Shown piece by piece: positions 1 through 9,588 of a stretch of DNA of 64,000 nt. Source of the DNA: an uncultured delta proteobacterium. GTDB taxonomy: Bacteria > Desulfobacterota > Binatia > Binatales > Binataceae. Under the pieces are notes generated by a model that saw only the letters and a list, made by a program, of their open reading frames with translations, was not told where the DNA came from and did no database searches. Each line of letters opens with the position of its first letter. Position 1 is the first letter of the stretch. The position numbers were made by a program, and so were the translations under genes. The stretch is from the NCBI GenBank assembly GCA_963833025.1, contig CAWHWI010000003.1:618338-682337 (forward strand), written 5' to 3'.

Positions 1-294
1 AAACGTACCCACCATCGGGCTTTCGATCAGCTTCTGATTCGGCGCGAGATCGATTTTGCCGGCAGCCTTGCGGCCTTCCTCCGCCGTCGCCTCGACGTGC
101 CGCGTCGCCATCTTGATTGGGGAGGCCGCGCGCGCCGCGACGTGCGCCTCCGAGCCCGACTCGGTAACGTCCACCGACGCGCGTCCGCCGCCGCGAACCA
201 ATCGCACCTTGCCCTTCTTGTCCTCGATTTCGAGTTCGACCAGCCCGTAATCCCGCATCAGGACCAGCAGGGTCTTCAGTTCGCGTACTTCCAT
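1..294 (-). CDS. accB: acetyl-CoA carboxylase biotin carboxyl carrier protein, 5' part only (gene continues past window start)
   Basis: Minus-strand translation from ATG at 294 gives MEVRELKTLLVLMRDYGLVELEIEDKKGKVRLVRGG...LIESPMVGTF. This matches the BCCP N-terminus and the SPMVGTFY motif. GGAG sits about 8 nt upstream. aroQ-accB adjacency is a common arrangement. Confidence 0.8.
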   Translation of the reverse strand, partial: MEVRELKTLLVLMRDYGLVELEIEDKKGKVRLVRGGGRASVDVTESGSEAHVAARAASPIKMATRHVEATAEEGRKAAGKIDLAPNQKLIESPMVGTF

Positions 295-359
295 CGCGTC
301 TCCGTGTCTTTCTGAAACGGCGGCTCGCCTGCCCGCTGGATCGTTGCTCGCCATTGGCG

Positions 360-887
360 TCACCCGCTTCGTCGACGCGACTCCTCGGCCATCGTGCGCG
401 CCGCTCTCAGTGCCAGGCTGTAGCTCTCAGCGCCGAATCCCATGATTCGGCCATGCGCGATATCCGCAATCGTCGAATGATGCCGGAACGGCTCGCGCCG
501 ATAGACGTTGGACAGATGCACTTCGATCACCGGTATATTCACGGCCGAAATCGCGTCGCGAATCGCCACGCTGGTATGCGTGTATGCGCCCGGATTGATC
601 AACAGCACGTCGCACTTGCCGCGCGCCTTCTGAATCCGATCGACGATCCCGCCTTCGCTGTTCGACTGAAACGTTTCGACTTTCATTTCCAGCGTGCGTC
701 CCAGGTTTTTCAGTTCCTTGTCGATATCGGTCAGGCGGGTTCGGCCGTAAACCTCGGGATCGCGCTCGCCGAGGAGATTCAGGTTGGGTCCATGGACCAC
801 CAGTACCGTTATAGGCCCACTCGCACTGCCCGACGCCGCTTGTTCCGCCATTTGCCGGGCCTTAGCCATCTCCGTCCCGCTCCGCAT
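360..887 (-). CDS. aroQ: 3-dehydroquinate dehydratase type II; true start may be an internal Met near 851
   Basis: ORF translation contains [23 protein letters not shown], typical of type II dehydroquinase. Confidence 0.88.
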   Translation of the reverse strand: MRSGTEMAKARQMAEQAASGSASGPITVLVVHGPNLNLLGERDPEVYGRTRLTDIDKELKNLGRTLEMKVETFQSNSEGGIVDRIQKARGKCDVLLINPGAYTHTSVAIRDAISAVNIPVIEVHLSNVYRREPFRHHSTIADIAHGRIMGFGAESYSLALRAARTMAEESRRRSG

Positions 888-1033
888 CCTCTACTTCATT
901 GAACCGCACCCTCCACGCGACTGCAAGCACGCTCTTCGGACACTGTCCACCGGTCAGTAATCACTGGACTAATCAACGCGCGACTTGAGCGCATCCTGAT
1001 ACACTTCGCGACGCGTCGACCTTCCCCCAAGCT

Positions 1034-1160
1034 GTTCTAACAGGGACGAAGTCCCGCATCTTTATCTTAGTACTGGGTGCAGGGGTCACCCCTGCCCAAG
1101 GAGGTGTGGAACCCACGGTGGGTTCCACGTTTCAATTAAATGATTTACCCTTCCCCCTCC
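1034..1160 (+). repeat. multi-hairpin intergenic repeat element, copy 1 (modules B-C-D plus tail)
   Basis: Contains ctaacagggacgaagtcccgcatc, gcaggggtcacccctgc and gtggaacccacggtgggttccac followed by an attaaatgattt-cccttcc tail. Homologous to copies at 22803, 34116, 59631 and 60714. Confidence 0.85.
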
Positions 1161-2023
1161 TCGCTCGATTTGATCGCCCCCTGATACACTTCGCGACGCC
1201 CCATCCCGGTCAGCCGCGCGATCACCGCGCTCGCCTGTTTCAGCCCAAGTCCGGCCTCACGCAGCACCTCGAGCGCTTCATGCACGTCGATTGCGACGTT
1301 TCCCGCGTCCGGCTGCTCCGGCGCGCCCGCGACGACGATTACGATTTCTCCGAGCGCCGGCGTCGCGCGAAACCGCCGTTCCAGCTCACCGAGCGTCCCG
1401 CGCAACGTGCGCTCGTAGGTCTTGGTGATTTCGCAGACGACCGCCGCATCGCGCGATTCCCCGAATGCGGCCGCCATTGCGCCAATCGTATCGGCGACCC
1501 GACGCGCCGCTTCGTAAAAAACCATCGTGCGCGGCTCGCGACGCAGTTCTTCGAGCACCTTGCGTCGCGCCGCGTCGCGGGCCGGAACAAATCCCTCGAA
1601 GGTGAACTTGTCAGTCGGGATTCCCGCAATCGACAGCGCCGCGATCGCCGCCGACGCTCCCGGCACCGCGACGACTCGCACATTTGCCTCCAACGCCGCC
1701 CGCACCAGCCGAAAGCCGGGATCCGAAATCGCGGGCGTGCCCGCGTCGGTGACAAGCGCGATTTTTTCGCCCGCCTTCAGTCGCTCGACGAGCTCCGGCA
1801 CGCGCCGCTCTTCGTTGTGCTCGAAGTGGCTTACCGTCGGCGTGCGAATCTGATGGCGCGCGAGCATCTGCCCGGTGCGCCGCGTGTCCTCGCATGCGAT
1901 CAGCGCGACCTCCGCGAGCGTGCGGATCGCGCGCGCCGAGAGATCGTCGGGATTCCCGATCGGCGTCGCGACCACATACAAAATTCCGCCGGCCTCGGTT
2001 TGTCTATTTGCGCGAGTCGCCAT
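1145..2023 (-). CDS. rsmI: 16S rRNA (cytidine1402-2'-O)-methyltransferase
   Basis: ILYVVATPIGNPDDLSARAIRTL...ACEDTRRTGQML, tetrapyrrole-methylase fold typical of RsmI. Confidence 0.88.
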   Translation of the reverse strand: MATRANRQTEAGGILYVVATPIGNPDDLSARAIRTLAEVALIACEDTRRTGQMLARHQIRTPTVSHFEHNEERRVPELVERLKAGEKIALVTDAGTPAISDPGFRLVRAALEANVRVVAVPGASAAIAALSIAGIPTDKFTFEGFVPARDAARRKVLEELRREPRTMVFYEAARRVADTIGAMAAAFGESRDAAVVCEITKTYERTLRGTLGELERRFRATPALGEIVIVVAGAPEQPDAGNVAIDVHEALEVLREAGLGLKQASAVIARLTGMGRREVYQGAIKSSEEGEG

Positions 2024-2060
2024 TACAATTCACACTGACTATTCGCCCGGAGTAATCAGC

Positions 2061-2924
2061 GTGGCCGCAGGCAAAGCTACTCTCCTCATCTCGTGCATCG
2101 ACCGCCCCGGCATCATCGCCCGCGTCGCCACCCACCTGTTCACGCTCGGCTGCAATATTATCACCTCCGACCAGTACTCCGACGACGAGGACGGCCACTT
2201 CTTCTGGCGCATTCACTTCGAAAGCCTGCGGCTCCCCGTCGGTGAGCTCTCAAAAGAACTCGACGCGTCGATGCCCTCGTTGTTGCCGTGGGAGCGCCTC
2301 AAATGGGCTTGCTTCGACGCCGCCAAACGCGACCGCCTCGTCATTATGGTCTCGCGCCTGCCGCACTGCATGATGGATCTGTTGAGCCGCCATCACGTCG
2401 GCGAGCTCGACGGCGACGTGGTGGGAGTCGTCAGCAATCATCCCGACCTCAAGTCGCTGGTGCGCCCGTTCGAAGTCCCGTTCAAGGTGATTCCGGTTGA
2501 GAAGGATAGCAAGTCGGAGGCGGAAGCCGCGCTCATGAAGCATCTGGTTGAGCTTGGCGCGGACACCGTCGTGCTCGCGCGCTACATGCAGGTGTTATCG
2601 GGCGAATTCCTTCGCGCATGGAACAAGCCGATCGTCAACATTCACCACAGCTTCCTGCCCGCGTTCGCCGGCCAGCGCCCGCACAAGCAGGCGCACGACC
2701 GCGGCGTGAAACTAATCGGCGCGACCGCCCACTACGTGACCGAAGAACTGGACGCCGGCCCGATAATCGCGCAGGCCACCGCTCCGATGACCCATCGCGA
2801 CACCGTCGCCGACCTCGCCCGCAAGGGCAAAGATCTGGAAGTGATGGTCCTGGCCAAAGCCGTCCGAGCCCACCTGAAAAAACAGGTGCTCCTGCACCAT
2901 AACCGAACAATAGTCTTCGAGTAA
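2061..2924 (+). CDS. purU: formyltetrahydrofolate deformylase
   Basis: N-terminal ACT-domain region LLISCIDRPGIIARV and C-terminal formyltransferase motif HHSFLPAF...LIGATAHYVTEELDAGPII. GTG at 2061 with GGAG upstream gives 287 aa. Confidence 0.85.
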   Translation: MAAGKATLLISCIDRPGIIARVATHLFTLGCNIITSDQYSDDEDGHFFWRIHFESLRLPVGELSKELDASMPSLLPWERLKWACFDAAKRDRLVIMVSRLPHCMMDLLSRHHVGELDGDVVGVVSNHPDLKSLVRPFEVPFKVIPVEKDSKSEAEAALMKHLVELGADTVVLARYMQVLSGEFLRAWNKPIVNIHHSFLPAFAGQRPHKQAHDRGVKLIGATAHYVTEELDAGPIIAQATAPMTHRDTVADLARKGKDLEVMVLAKAVRAHLKKQVLLHHNRTIVFE

Positions 2925-2929
2925 CTTCT

Positions 2930-2990
2930 TCCCCTCTCCCTATCAGGGAGAGGTCGCGCCTCCGGCGCGGGTGAGGGTCCTCGCAAAAAG
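2930..2990. terminator. GC-rich tandem hairpins between convergent purU and nuoN; possible bidirectional terminator
   Basis: ctctccctatcagggagag (8-bp stem) followed by gcgcctccggcgc; no clear U tract. Confidence 0.35.
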
Positions 2991-3000
2991 ATGCCCTTCT

Positions 3001-4488
3001 TTACGTCGGTCCGGTAAAAAAACTCAGCGACCGATTCGCAAACGAAATGATTGGCGACCAGTACAGCCCGAACACGATCGTCGCGCAGGCCAGCACTCCC
3101 ATCAGCCCGTAATTCCACGCCTCGAAGCGTACAGTCCCCTCGTCGCCTCGCGGCTGCTCGAAGAACATCATCCGGATCGGCTTCAAGTAGTAATACAAAG
3201 ACACTACTGAATTGAGTATTCCAACAATAGCCAGTATGTAGAACTGACCTTTAATCACAGCAGCAAACAAATAGAATTTCCCGATAAACCCGACCGTCAA
3301 TGGGATACCCGTTAGTGAAAAGAGAAATATAGTCAGTGCGAGCGCCGGAACGATTCCGCCGCGCCACGCCAGCCCGCGATACGCCTCCACATCCTCGCGC
3401 CCGGTCGAGTTCGCCACGATCATCACCACCAGAAACGCGCCCGCATCCATTACATAGTAGGCAAACAGGTAGAAGAGCATCGCGCGAATGCCGTCGTTCG
3501 ACAGCACGACGAATCCCATCAGCGCGTATCCCGCCTGCGCGATACTCGAATACGCCAGCAGCCGCTTCATGTTGGTCTGCTGCAGCGCCGCAAGGTTGCC
3601 GAGCGTCATCGTGATGATGCAAACGAACAGCAGCAGTTGCGGCCAATCGACGCCCGCAAGAGCCGTCCAGCTTCCGCCCGCCGCCAGATGGGAAATCGCG
3701 GGAAAGAAAAATCGCGTCAGCAGCGCAAAGCCCGCCGCCTTCGATCCGATCGCCAGGAACGTCGTGATTGGAATCGGCGCGCCCGTGTAAACGTCCGGCG
3801 CCCACATATGAAACGGCACCGACGACACCTTGTAACCCATCCCGGTCAGGATCAGCACCAACGCGATAAACACGGCGAGCACCGGCAGATGCGCCGGCGT
3901 CGACAGCGCCTTGTTGATCACGCTGAAGTCGAGCGAGCCGGTGATTCCGAAAATCCAGCTCATCCCATAAATCATCGTGCCCGAAGCCACGCCGCCGTAA
4001 ATCAGGTACTTCAGCGCCGCTTCGAGCGAGCGCCGGTTATGCCGCAAAAAACCCGTCAGTATGTACGACGTCAGGCTGACGAACTCAAGCGCGAGATACG
4101 CCATCAGCAGGTTCGCCGACTCCGCCATCAAAAACATCGCAAACGTGCTCGCGAGCAAAATCGCGTAGTACTCGCCCTGGTCGCAGCCTCTCACTTCTTC
4201 CGAGCCAATCGACATCCAGATAGCCACGACCGCAGCCAGTGCGATCAGCGCGCGGAAATAAATCGCGAACGAATCGAACACCAGCATCCGATGGAACAGC
4301 CACGCGCCCGACGACGCCGGCTCCAGGCCAATCGCCACCAACGACGCCGCAGCCGCTATCAGTGCCAGCGCGCCGAGACGCAACTTGTCGCTCACCGCAA
4401 GATCGATGATCACGATGCCCAAAATCCCGGCCACCAGGATCATCTCCGGGACGAAATGTTTCAGGCTCGCGAAGTTTCCGAGATCCAT
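3001..4488 (-). CDS. nuoN: NADH-quinone oxidoreductase subunit N
   Basis: 495-aa polytopic membrane protein MDLGNFASLKHFVPEMILVAGILG...; last gene of the nuo operon. Confidence 0.93.
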   Translation of the reverse strand: MDLGNFASLKHFVPEMILVAGILGIVIIDLAVSDKLRLGALALIAAAASLVAIGLEPASSGAWLFHRMLVFDSFAIYFRALIALAAVVAIWMSIGSEEVRGCDQGEYYAILLASTFAMFLMAESANLLMAYLALEFVSLTSYILTGFLRHNRRSLEAALKYLIYGGVASGTMIYGMSWIFGITGSLDFSVINKALSTPAHLPVLAVFIALVLILTGMGYKVSSVPFHMWAPDVYTGAPIPITTFLAIGSKAAGFALLTRFFFPAISHLAAGGSWTALAGVDWPQLLLFVCIITMTLGNLAALQQTNMKRLLAYSSIAQAGYALMGFVVLSNDGIRAMLFYLFAYYVMDAGAFLVVMIVANSTGREDVEAYRGLAWRGGIVPALALTIFLFSLTGIPLTVGFIGKFYLFAAVIKGQFYILAIVGILNSVVSLYYYLKPIRMMFFEQPRGDEGTVRFEAWNYGLMGVLACATIVFGLYWSPIISFANRSLSFFTGPT

Positions 4489-4508
4489 CTAGTTAGTCCG
4501 AGCCAGAC

Positions 4509-6008
4509 TCAATGAAGCATCGCGACGGCCGCGCCCGAAGTCGACAGCACAACCTGGTTGAGATGCACCAGCGAAGTGTTGAGGAGGCCCAAAATCGCAT
4601 GCGGATAAACGCCGAGTATCAGCACGATCACGCCAAGTGGCACCAGCGTGAACGCCTCGCGAAACGACAAATCCGGAAGGTCCTTGTACTTCTCGTTCAA
4701 CGGCCCAAGATAGATTCGCTGGAACGTCCACAGCAGGTAGCCGGCCGTCAGTATCGCCGTCGCCGCGCCAAACACGACCATCAGCGGATGCGTCTGCCAC
4801 GCTCCGAGCAGCACCAGCACTTCCGAAATAAACGCGGACATCCCCGGCAGTCCCATGCCCGCGAAAAACGCGAAGCCCGTAATCGCCGTATAGATCGGCA
4901 TCTGCTGCGCCAGACCGCCGAAGCCGTTTATCTCGCGATGGTGTGCGCGATCGTAAATCACGCCGACCAGGATAAAGAGCATCGCGGTAATCGTTCCGTG
5001 ATTGAACATCTGCAGCACCGCGCCGTTGATCCCCGCCGCAGTGAACGCCGCCAGCCCGAGCATCACGTAACCCATGTGGCTAATCGACGAATAGGCAATC
5101 AACTTCTTATAGTCAGTCTGCGCCATCGCGCACATCGCGCCGTATACTATGTTGATAGTGCCGATCACCCCAAGGAACAGCCAAGCGAGCTGATAGCTCG
5201 CCGCTGGCAGCACCGCGAAATTGACGCGGAGAATTCCGTAGGTGCCCATTTTCAGTAGTACACCCGCAAGAATCACTGAGATCGCCGTCGGCGCTTCAAC
5301 GTGCGCGTCAGGCAGCCAGGTATGGAACGGGAACGCCGGAATTTTGATCGCGAAGCCGATGAATAGCGCGATCCAAGCTATTCGTTGGAATCCAATTGAG
5401 TAGTGACTCGAATTCGCCGCCAGCTCGGTCAAATCAAACGTCGGAGTCGCGCCATAGTAATACAGTCCGAGCATCGCCAGCAGAATGAGTACTGAGCCGA
5501 GTAGTGTGTACAGAAAGAACTTGATCGCCGCGTACTCGCGTCGCGGACCGCCCCAGATGCCGATGAGAAAATACATCGGCAGCAGCATCACTTCCCAGAA
5601 AATGTAGAACAGGAAGAAATCCAGCGACACGAACACGCCCATCATTCCGGTGTCGAGCATCAACAGCATCGCGTAATAGCCTTTCTCCGCGCGATTGATG
5701 CCGAAGCTCGCGAACACCGAGATGAACATGATGAGCGCGGTCAGCAGGATCATAGAGATGCTGATACCGTCCACGCCGATGAAGTAACTAATGTGGTATG
5801 CGGGCATCCACGACGCTTTCTCGGCGAACTGCACCGCGCTGGTCGTCGTGTCGAAGTTTTCGTAAAGGTAAATTGCGATTAGCAGCTGCGGTATCGTCGC
5901 CGCCACCGCGATCCACTTCGACGCGTTCTTCATCGAGTCGGGCAGCGCGAGAATCAGCACCATCCCGGCGATCGGAACAAAGGTTATCAGCGTAAGCGCG
6001 TGACTCAT
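4509..6008 (-). CDS. nuoM: NADH-quinone oxidoreductase subunit M
   Basis: 499-aa antiporter-like subunit; position and similarity to NuoM. Confidence 0.93.
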   Translation of the reverse strand: MSHALTLITFVPIAGMVLILALPDSMKNASKWIAVAATIPQLLIAIYLYENFDTTTSAVQFAEKASWMPAYHISYFIGVDGISISMILLTALIMFISVFASFGINRAEKGYYAMLLMLDTGMMGVFVSLDFFLFYIFWEVMLLPMYFLIGIWGGPRREYAAIKFFLYTLLGSVLILLAMLGLYYYGATPTFDLTELAANSSHYSIGFQRIAWIALFIGFAIKIPAFPFHTWLPDAHVEAPTAISVILAGVLLKMGTYGILRVNFAVLPAASYQLAWLFLGVIGTINIVYGAMCAMAQTDYKKLIAYSSISHMGYVMLGLAAFTAAGINGAVLQMFNHGTITAMLFILVGVIYDRAHHREINGFGGLAQQMPIYTAITGFAFFAGMGLPGMSAFISEVLVLLGAWQTHPLMVVFGAATAILTAGYLLWTFQRIYLGPLNEKYKDLPDLSFREAFTLVPLGVIVLILGVYPHAILGLLNTSLVHLNQVVLSTSGAAVAMLH

Positions 6009-6060
6009 TTCAGTTTCGCTCTTCCCGTTTTGCCTTGAATTGGCGCGGCCGCCGAATCCG

Positions 6061-8136
6061 TCATGCCCGCGCGACCGCGCGCACCAGCAGTATCAGCATC
6101 ACCGCGGCCAGGATTCCGTAGAGATATCCGTTAATCGAACCGGTCTGCAGCCGCCGGAGCCTGCCGCCAACGTCGAGCGTCAGGTTCGACGCGAAGTTCA
6201 CCAGCCCATCGACTATGTAATGGTCGAATAGTCCAGACAGCCAGGACAGAAATACTATTACCCGCGCCGCGAGATTAACTACTCCGTCAATTATATTCGT
6301 GTCGAACCAGGCCAACGCCCGCGTCGCGAATAGGTATGGCTGAATAACTACTCGATCGTAAAATTCATCGACATAGTATTTGTTGTATACCCATTCGTAA
6401 GGCACTCCGCCGAACATCTGGCTAAAGCGCGCGGGATCGAGCTTCTCTTGCCGATACATCAAATCAGCAAGGTACCATCCAGCGGCCACCACTATGAAAG
6501 TGACACCAGCGAACGTCCCCTCGACCAGATGATTGTGCATTCCCGACTCGGTAACGCGACGCGTGACGTCTGATCTGAGAATGGGCTCAAGGAATTCCTC
6601 GAACGGTTTGAACGCGATGATAAATTCCGGCCACTTCAACCATCCACCGACGACCGAAAGCGTGCCCAGCACAATCAGCACGTAAGCCATGGAGGGCGGC
6701 GATTCGTGCAGATGGTGCTCCTGCTCATGCGTGCCGCGAAATTCGCCGAAGAAAGTCATGTACACCTGACGCGACATGTAGAAGACGGTGAATCCGGCAC
6801 CTAGCAGCAGGAACGCCCACACGACGAAATGCCCATGCGAGAACGCCTGCCATATGATCTCATCTTTGGAGAAGAAGCCGGCAAACGGGAAAATGCCACA
6901 GAGCGCGAAGGTCGCTGCGACGAAGGTCCAGAACGTGATCGGCATCTTATGGCGCAGGCCGCCCATCTTGCGCATGTCCTGCTCGCCGCCCATCGCGTGA
7001 ATCACCGACCCCGATCCCAGGAACAGGCAGGCTTTGAAGAACGCATGCGTCATCAGGTGGAACACGCCGGCCGCGTATGCTCCGACGCCCATCGCCGCGA
7101 ACATGTATCCGAGCTGGCTCACCGTCGAGTACGCGAGCACCTTCTTGATGTCGTTTTGCGCGATGCCAATCGTCGCCGCGAACAGCGCGGTCATACCGCC
7201 CACCAGCGCAATCACGCCCATCGTGAAGGGCGACATCGAAAATAAAAAATTCAGCCGCGCCACCATGTACACGCCTGCCGTCACCATCGTCGCCGCATGG
7301 ATCAGCGCGCTGACCGGAGTCGGCCCGGCCATCGCGTCCGGCAGCCACACGTACAGCGGTATCTGCGCCGACTTTCCGGTCGCGCCGATGAACATCAACA
7401 GCGTGACGAATCCCACCAGCGTGTGCGCCGAATGGTAGCCTGCAAAATTTATCGGCACTCCCGACAGCAACGGCGCGTACTTCGCGACCTCGCGCGTCAC
7501 CAGCGTCGGATGCCCGAGCGCATCGAGTCCCGCGAACAAACTGTACAACGCGATCACGAACGCCAAGTCACCGACGCGGTTCACGATGAACGCCTTGTTG
7601 CCCGCCGTCGTGTTCGCCGTCACCTTGTACCAGAACCCAATCAGCGCGAACGAGCACAGCCCCACGCCTTCCCAACCCACAAACATCAGCCACAGGTTGT
7701 CGCCCAGCACCAGCACCAGCATCGCGAACGTGAACAGGTTGAGCCATCCGAAGAATCGCCAGTAGCCGTCGTCGTCGTGCATGTAGCCGGTCGAGTAGAT
7801 GTGAATCAGGCCGCCGACGCCGGTGATTATCAGCGTCATGATCATAGACAACGGATCGAGCCAGAACGCGATGTCGAGGTTCAGTCCGCCGACGTCGAAC
7901 CACTTCCACAAGTCGTCGAGCATGAAGCGGTTGTCCGGCGGCAACGTGAGCATCGCGAAAAACGCGCGCGCCGCCAGGATGAACGCCAGGATCACGACGC
8001 CGCATCCCACCAGGCTGATCGCGCGCTTGCCGAAGGTCTTCTGCAGCCACGCGCCGGCCAGGAAATTGACCGCCGCGCCCAAAAGCGGCAGCACCACGAT
8101 CAGTCGTATGAACGTAACCGGTATCGGGTGATCCAT
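6061..8136 (-). CDS. nuoL: NADH-quinone oxidoreductase subunit L
   Basis: 691-aa antiporter-like subunit with long C-terminal extension; position in operon. Confidence 0.93.
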   Translation of the reverse strand: MDHPIPVTFIRLIVVLPLLGAAVNFLAGAWLQKTFGKRAISLVGCGVVILAFILAARAFFAMLTLPPDNRFMLDDLWKWFDVGGLNLDIAFWLDPLSMIMTLIITGVGGLIHIYSTGYMHDDDGYWRFFGWLNLFTFAMLVLVLGDNLWLMFVGWEGVGLCSFALIGFWYKVTANTTAGNKAFIVNRVGDLAFVIALYSLFAGLDALGHPTLVTREVAKYAPLLSGVPINFAGYHSAHTLVGFVTLLMFIGATGKSAQIPLYVWLPDAMAGPTPVSALIHAATMVTAGVYMVARLNFLFSMSPFTMGVIALVGGMTALFAATIGIAQNDIKKVLAYSTVSQLGYMFAAMGVGAYAAGVFHLMTHAFFKACLFLGSGSVIHAMGGEQDMRKMGGLRHKMPITFWTFVAATFALCGIFPFAGFFSKDEIIWQAFSHGHFVVWAFLLLGAGFTVFYMSRQVYMTFFGEFRGTHEQEHHLHESPPSMAYVLIVLGTLSVVGGWLKWPEFIIAFKPFEEFLEPILRSDVTRRVTESGMHNHLVEGTFAGVTFIVVAAGWYLADLMYRQEKLDPARFSQMFGGVPYEWVYNKYYVDEFYDRVVIQPYLFATRALAWFDTNIIDGVVNLAARVIVFLSWLSGLFDHYIVDGLVNFASNLTLDVGGRLRRLQTGSINGYLYGILAAVMLILLVRAVARA

Positions 8137-8151
8137 TTTTTCGTTGCTCAG

Positions 8152-8466
8152 CTATCCACGCAGCGACTCGGCCGCGTCGACGTCGATCGTCTTGAAGTTC
8201 TGATAAATCGCCAGCACCACGGCCAACCCGATCACCGCCTCCGCGGCCGCCAGCATGATTACGAAAATCGCGAATATCTGTCCGTCGTATTTGCCGCCGC
8301 CGTAAAACGCAAACGCAAGGTAGTTGATATTGGCGGAATTGAGTATCAACTCGACGCCCATCAGGATTCCAATCGCGTTGCGCCGCGTCAGAACCGTGAA
8401 CAGCCCGAGCGAAAATACGATCAGGCTCAGCACCAGGAAGTGGTCAAGCGTTATTCCTCCGCCCAT
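8152..8466 (-). CDS. nuoK: NADH-quinone oxidoreductase subunit K
   Basis: Internal ATG at 8466 gives the ~104-aa product MGGGITLDHFLVLSLIVFSLGLFTVLTRRNAIGILMGVELILNSANINYLAF.... GGGGGA lies upstream. The longer ORF to 8643 is an upstream extension. Confidence 0.88.
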   Translation of the reverse strand: MGGGITLDHFLVLSLIVFSLGLFTVLTRRNAIGILMGVELILNSANINYLAFAFYGGGKYDGQIFAIFVIMLAAAEAVIGLAVVLAIYQNFKTIDVDAAESLRG

Positions 8467-8483
8467 CCCGATTCCCCCGCTCC

Positions 8484-8999
8484 CTACTCCCTCGCCTCGT
8501 GGCGCGAAATGACTATCGCGCCGATTAGCGCCGCCAGCAGCACCAGCGACGCAACCTCGAACGGCAACACGTAGTCGCCCAGGAACGCATTTCCGATCGC
8601 GTAGGTCGTCGGCGCAGGCGTGACTGCCGCCGCCTGATGCCACTGCGTTCGCCCTATCGCGTACAGCATCACCAGTCCGGCGATACCCACTGTGAAGAGC
8701 GCCGATCCCGTCCCGACCGCGCGATTCGATACCGTCACGTCCGCGATTCCCGCCGTCAGCATCACCGCGAAGATAGTCAGTACCAATATTCCACCGACGT
8801 AGACGAGTAGCTGTACCATCGCGACAAAGTCCGCCGCGAGCAGAATGTATATACCCACTACGCCCATAAACGCGCCGAGCAGCGCGAAGGTCGAATAAAC
8901 TATGTTGCGCGAGAACGCTACTAACATCGCCGACCCCACCGTCAACGCGGCCAGCGCATAGAATATTACCTGAGCGAGCATCTCTTCCCCGCGTTGCAA
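8484..8999 (-). CDS. nuoJ: NADH-quinone oxidoreductase subunit J (start may be Met at 8981)
   Basis: MLAQVIFYALAALTVGSAMLV... membrane subunit, operon position. Confidence 0.88.
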   Translation of the reverse strand: MQRGEEMLAQVIFYALAALTVGSAMLVAFSRNIVYSTFALLGAFMGVVGIYILLAADFVAMVQLLVYVGGILVLTIFAVMLTAGIADVTVSNRAVGTGSALFTVGIAGLVMLYAIGRTQWHQAAAVTPAPTTYAIGNAFLGDYVLPFEVASLVLLAALIGAIVISRHEARE

Positions 9000-9012
9000 G
9001 CAGCCGCGCGCG

Positions 9013-9582
9013 CTAAGCCGGCTCTTCTTCGGCCGGCTTTTCGCCGCCCGGCTGCGCCCATTGATCGAGGTAGGTCATGCCGCGATTCAGAATCGGCGCG
9101 ATTCTCGTGTCGGTCTCCGGCCCCTTCTTGGGCTTGTACGCCATCACCGGATCCGTGACGAAGCGGCGAATCAGGCTCTCCAGCGAATAGTCGGCGCCCT
9201 CGAACTCCGTCGTATGATGTATCGATCCGGTCGGGCACGGCTCGCTGCAGAGCCCGCAGTACATGCACTTTGCGATGTCGATGTCGAATTGCGACAGCAG
9301 CATCTGCCGCGTCTGCGGATCCTTGTCCACCACGATCACGATGCAATCGATCGGGCAGGCGCGCTCGCATGCCAGGCATCCCGTGCAGATTTCCAGATCG
9401 ACTTCCAGGATTCCGCGGTAACGGAACGGCAGCGTGTCCTGCACCCGCACCGGCATCCGGTCCGGATATTGCACCGTGTACGGCTTGCGCATGAAATGCG
9501 ACGCCGTGACCGCCATACCCTCGAATATACTCGAGACTGCGTCTTTTATATTAGTTACGTATTCGGAAACTGCGCTCATCAA
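9013..9582 (-). CDS. nuoI: NADH-quinone oxidoreductase subunit I (2x[4Fe-4S] ferredoxin)
   Basis: Two CxxCxxCxxxCP motifs: CTGCLACERACP and CMYCGLCSEPCP. Confidence 0.93.
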   Translation of the reverse strand: MMSAVSEYVTNIKDAVSSIFEGMAVTASHFMRKPYTVQYPDRMPVRVQDTLPFRYRGILEVDLEICTGCLACERACPIDCIVIVVDKDPQTRQMLLSQFDIDIAKCMYCGLCSEPCPTGSIHHTTEFEGADYSLESLIRRFVTDPVMAYKPKKGPETDTRIAPILNRGMTYLDQWAQPGGEKPAEEEPA

Positions 9583-9588
9583 TAGCCT

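Noticed and set aside
1106-2038. 310-aa plus-strand ORF with a perfect AAGGAGG SD starting inside repeat copy 1
   Set aside because: It is entirely antisense to rsmI, whose product is strongly conserved. Its translation is low-complexity and Arg-rich, typical of spurious antisense ORFs in GC-rich DNA.
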